Made by a program: the position numbers and the translations under genes. Below are positions 60,859-64,000 of a stretch of DNA of 64,000 nucleotides, in pieces. The DNA comes from Candidatus Methylomirabilia bacterium. Lineage in GTDB: Bacteria > Methylomirabilota > Methylomirabilia > Rokubacteriales > CSP1-6. Position 1 is the first letter of the stretch, and the number at the start of each line of letters is the position of its first letter. The stretch covers positions 1 to 64,000 of the forward strand of contig JBGQEL010000011.1 in NCBI GenBank assembly GCA_041496385.1. The letters run 5' to 3'. The notes below the pieces were generated by a model. The model saw only the letters and a program-made list of their open reading frames with translations, was not told where the DNA came from and did no database searches.

Positions 60859-62840
60859 GCCCGAGCGTGCCCTTCCGCGACACGTTCTGGAACGTTCCCG
60901 CGTGGGCGCAGGTCGGTCTCTACGTGGGCGGCGCCGTCGCGATCGCGATCTTCGCGTGGGGGCTCTGGCAGCGCGTGGGCCTCTGGCGGCGCGGACTTCC
61001 CGAGAACCGCTTCGACCGCATCCCCGAACGCCTCCGCCTGGTCGCCGTGCACGCGCTCGGCCAGGCGCGCGTGCTCTCGCAGGCGTACCCGGGTGTCATG
61101 CACGCGATCATGTTCTGGGGATTTCTCGCGCTCTTCATGGGCACGGTGCTCGCGACGATCGACTGGGATATCGCGCTGCCGCTCTTCGGCGTGAAGCTCC
61201 TCAAGGGGAGCTTCTACCTCTTCTACGAGACGACCCTCGACCTGTTCGGCCTGTTCTTCGTGATCGGTCTCGGCATGGCGGTCTGGCGACGCTTCGTCCT
61301 GCGCCCGCACCGACTGGATCCGACCGCGCGCTTCGCGAAGGTGCTCGCGCTGCTCCTGGTGATCAACGCCTCCGGGTTCGTGCTGGAGGCGTGCCGCCTC
61401 GCCGCGGTGCAGCCGGCGTGGGCGCCGTGGTCGCCCGTCGGCTGGGCGCTCGGGCAGGGGATGCTCGCCGTCGGCATGTCGGACGGCGCGCTCCGCGGCG
61501 TCCACCTCTCGGTCTGGCTGTTCCACGCGGTGCTCTCCCTCGCGTTCGTGGCCGTCGTCCCGTACTCCTACTTCATGCACCTCGTCACCACGCCGCTGAA
61601 CATCTTCTTCGCCAAGCTCGGACCGCGGGGCGAGATCCGGAAGATCGAGAACATCGAGGAGGCCGAGACATTCGGCGTCTCGAAGCTGGAGGAGTTCTCG
61701 TGGAAGCGGCGGCTCGACTTCGACGCCTGCGTCGAGTGCGGCCGCTGCCAGGCCGCGTGCCCCGCGTACATGTCGGGCTCGGCCCTGTCCCCCAAGCAGG
61801 TCATCGTCAAGCTCAAGCGCCACATGCACGGCGAGCTCCCCGGGCCGATCCACGGCGAGCTGATCAAGCCCGAGGAACTGTGGGCCTGCACGACCTGCAT
61901 GGCGTGCGTGGAGGAGTGCCCCGCGTTCATCGACATCGTGGACACGATCGTGGACCTCCGACGCTACCTCACGCTCTCGGAGGGCGCGCTCCCGTCCACC
62001 GCCCCACAATCGCTCCAGAACATCCAGCGCGCCGGCAACCCGTGGGGCCTGCCGGCGGGCGAGCGACTCGCCTGGGCCCAGGGGCTCGACGTCCCGATCC
62101 TCGAGCCCGGCAAGGAGGTCGAGTACCTCTACTGGGTCGGCTGCTCGGCCTCCTACGACAAGCGCAACCAGGCGATCGCCCGGGCCGTCGTGAAGATCCT
62201 GAAATCCGCGGGCGTCTCGTTCGCGGTCATGCAGGAGGAGCGCTGCCACGGCGAGGTCGCGCGGCGCCTCGGCGAGGAGTACCTCTACCAGACGCTCCAG
62301 CAGGAGAACGTCGCCGCGCTCAACCGGTACCGCTTCCGGAAGGTCGTCACGCACTGCCCGCATTGCTTCAACACGATCCGGAACGAGTTCCCGCAGTTCG
62401 GCGGGAGCTACGAGGTGCTCCACCACTCGCAGCTCATCGAGGAGCTGCTGCGCGCGGGGCGGATCCGGCCGACGAAGCGTCTCGACGCGACGCTCGCCTT
62501 CCACGACTCGTGCTATCTCGGACGCTACAACGGCATCACCGAGGCGCCGCGCAACGTCGCGCGCGCCGTCCCGGGGCTCCGCGTGGTCGAGCTGCCCCGC
62601 AATCGCGCGCGGGGCCTGTGCTGCGGCGGGGGCGGCGGCCACATGTGGATGGAGGTCAAGGCCGAGAAGCGCGTGAACCTCATCCGCGTCGAGGAGGCGC
62701 TCGAGGCGAAGGTGGACATGGTCGGTACCGGGTGCCCGTTCTGCCTCGCCATGGTGGATCTCGGCCGCAAGGTGAAGGAGGCGGAGGAGACGCTTCAAGT
62801 CAAGGACGTGAGCGAGCTCGTGGCCGAGAGCCTTCCCTGA
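60855..62840 (+). CDS. membrane-bound Fe-S oxidoreductase (FadF/HdrD-like: TM domain, 2x4Fe-4S, two CCG domains)
   Basis: TM N-terminus, CVECGRCQAACP, CTTCMACVEECP, WVGC, CPHC, HDSCYLGR, CCGGGGG, CPFC. Confidence 0.9.
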   Translation: MSPSVPFRDTFWNVPAWAQVGLYVGGAVAIAIFAWGLWQRVGLWRRGLPENRFDRIPERLRLVAVHALGQARVLSQAYPGVMHAIMFWGFLALFMGTVLATIDWDIALPLFGVKLLKGSFYLFYETTLDLFGLFFVIGLGMAVWRRFVLRPHRLDPTARFAKVLALLLVINASGFVLEACRLAAVQPAWAPWSPVGWALGQGMLAVGMSDGALRGVHLSVWLFHAVLSLAFVAVVPYSYFMHLVTTPLNIFFAKLGPRGEIRKIENIEEAETFGVSKLEEFSWKRRLDFDACVECGRCQAACPAYMSGSALSPKQVIVKLKRHMHGELPGPIHGELIKPEELWACTTCMACVEECPAFIDIVDTIVDLRRYLTLSEGALPSTAPQSLQNIQRAGNPWGLPAGERLAWAQGLDVPILEPGKEVEYLYWVGCSASYDKRNQAIARAVVKILKSAGVSFAVMQEERCHGEVARRLGEEYLYQTLQQENVAALNRYRFRKVVTHCPHCFNTIRNEFPQFGGSYEVLHHSQLIEELLRAGRIRPTKRLDATLAFHDSCYLGRYNGITEAPRNVARAVPGLRVVELPRNRARGLCCGGGGGHMWMEVKAEKRVNLIRVEEALEAKVDMVGTGCPFCLAMVDLGRKVKEAEETLQVKDVSELVAESLP

Positions 62841-63190
62841 TGCGAGCCCTCCTCCGCGCGCTTCCGGACATCGCCCGCACGATCGCGCGGCTCGCCGCCG
62901 ATCCGGTGCTCCCCAGGGCGGCGAAGGTCGCGCTCGCCGCGGCGGTGCTCTACCTCGTGTCGCCGATCGACCTGATCCCCGACTTCATTCCCATCCTTGG
63001 GTCGCTCGACGACCTCCTCGTAGCGGCGATCGTCGTCGACGGGATCCTGAACTACGTCGACCGCGGGCTCGTGCTGAAGTACTGGCCCGGAAGCGCCGAG
63101 TCGCTCGAGCGCGTCGCGCGCGCCGCCCGCGTGCTGGCCGTCTGGGTGCCCCGCCGGCTCAAGACCCGGATCTTCGGCGCACGCGCGTGA
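62840..63190 (+). CDS. YkvA/DUF1232 family membrane protein
   Basis: YLVSPIDLIPDFIPILGSLDD. Confidence 0.9.
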   Translation: MRALLRALPDIARTIARLAADPVLPRAAKVALAAAVLYLVSPIDLIPDFIPILGSLDDLLVAAIVVDGILNYVDRGLVLKYWPGSAESLERVARAARVLAVWVPRRLKTRIFGARA

Positions 63191-63197
63191 ACAGCTG

Positions 63198-64000
63198 ATG
63201 CGACCCGAGTACGCCGAGTTGATCGAGCGCCGGCTCGCCGTCCCGCTCGTCGAGGGACCGGACAAGACGTGCACGCTCGAGGCCGCCATCCGCCGCCTCG
63301 TCGAGCCCGGCCAGACCCTCTACGCGGGTGCGGCGCACGGCCGGCCGAACGCGCTCGTGCGCGAGCTCGTGCGCCAGTGGTGGGGCCGGCGCCCCGACTG
63401 GACGCTCGCGCTCACGGGGATGGGCTCGCCGTGGACGGCGCTCGTCGTGGGCGGCCTCGTCAAGCGTCTCGTCACGACGTTCGTGGGCGAGGGCTACCCG
63501 TTCCCGACGCCCCAGCCCCTCGTCGCCCGGGCCATCCTCGACGGAACGCTCGCCGTGCAGAACTGGTCGATGCTGACGATGCCGCTGCGCGTCCTCGCCG
63601 GCGCATTGGGCCTCCCCTTCATGCCGACGCGCTCGCTGCTGGGCTCCTCGATGGAGGAGGACAACGCCCGCGACGGGGACTTCCTGGCGGCGGACGACCC
63701 GTTCGACGGCGGCGGACGCGTCGGCTTCGTGCGGGCGCTGGTCCCCGACGTCGCGCTGTTCCACGCGTGGGCGGCCGATCGCGCCGGCAACGTGCTCTCG
63801 GCCGCGCCGCTGAACGAGAACTTCTACGCGGCCATGGCCGCCCGGCGCGGCGCCATCGTCAGCGTCGAGAAGATCGTCCCGACCGAGTTCATCCGGCGTC
63901 ACGCCGGCCTCGTGCGGCTGCCCGGCCAGTACGTCGCCGCGGTGGTCGAGGCGCCCTTCGGCGCCCACCCGTCGGGGATGTACGGGATGAGCGTCCCGGA
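63198..64000 (+). CDS. family I CoA-transferase, glutaconate CoA-transferase alpha-like, 3'-partial
   Basis: My translation: DKTCTLEAAIRRLV, AGALGLPFMPTRSLLGS, PDVALFHAWAADRAGN, IVSVEKIV, EAPFGAHPSG; runs off the window end. Confidence 0.85.
   Translation, partial: MRPEYAELIERRLAVPLVEGPDKTCTLEAAIRRLVEPGQTLYAGAAHGRPNALVRELVRQWWGRRPDWTLALTGMGSPWTALVVGGLVKRLVTTFVGEGYPFPTPQPLVARAILDGTLAVQNWSMLTMPLRVLAGALGLPFMPTRSLLGSSMEEDNARDGDFLAADDPFDGGGRVGFVRALVPDVALFHAWAADRAGNVLSAAPLNENFYAAMAARRGAIVSVEKIVPTEFIRRHAGLVRLPGQYVAAVVEAPFGAHPSGMYGMSVP

Overview
High-GC (about 70% by eye) bacterial chromosome segment, densely coding and mostly on the + strand. Gene order and composition suggest Candidatus Rokubacteria / Methylomirabilota (inference only). 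Content in order: partial acyl-CoA carboxylase beta subunit; stand-alone response regulator; RpoD-like sigma factor lacking region 1.1; an internally deleted ACT-malic enzyme heading a coupled GT2 / aminotransferase / HIT / methyltransferase / GT-C cluster; nth; a translation super-cluster (rplM-rpsI-argC-argJ-rpsB-tsf-pyrH-frr-uppS-dxr-rseP-ispG-ferredoxin-proS; rimP-nusA-ylxR-infB-DUF503-rbfA-nrnA-truB-ribF; rpsO-pnp-M16 peptidase); a purine operon (purBCSQLFMNH-[MerR-HTH/TPR]-purD-purE, no purK) with two junction tandem repeats; tsaC-mobA-thiI; rpiB-glyA-nrdR; a DMT transporter; a B12-binding radical SAM enzyme; a PyrE-like PRTase; tsaB-rimI; an accessory YceI + mono-heme reeler-like + membrane-anchored penta-heme cytochrome c module; meaB, an Fe-S oxidoreductase, DUF1232 and a partial CoA-transferase. 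No rRNA, tRNA, CRISPR array or mobile element was recognised. Best leads: the three-gene periplasmic heme module, the MerR-TPR gene and junction repeats in the pur operon, the deleted malic enzyme, and repeated leaderless promoter geometry with two possible ATC starts.
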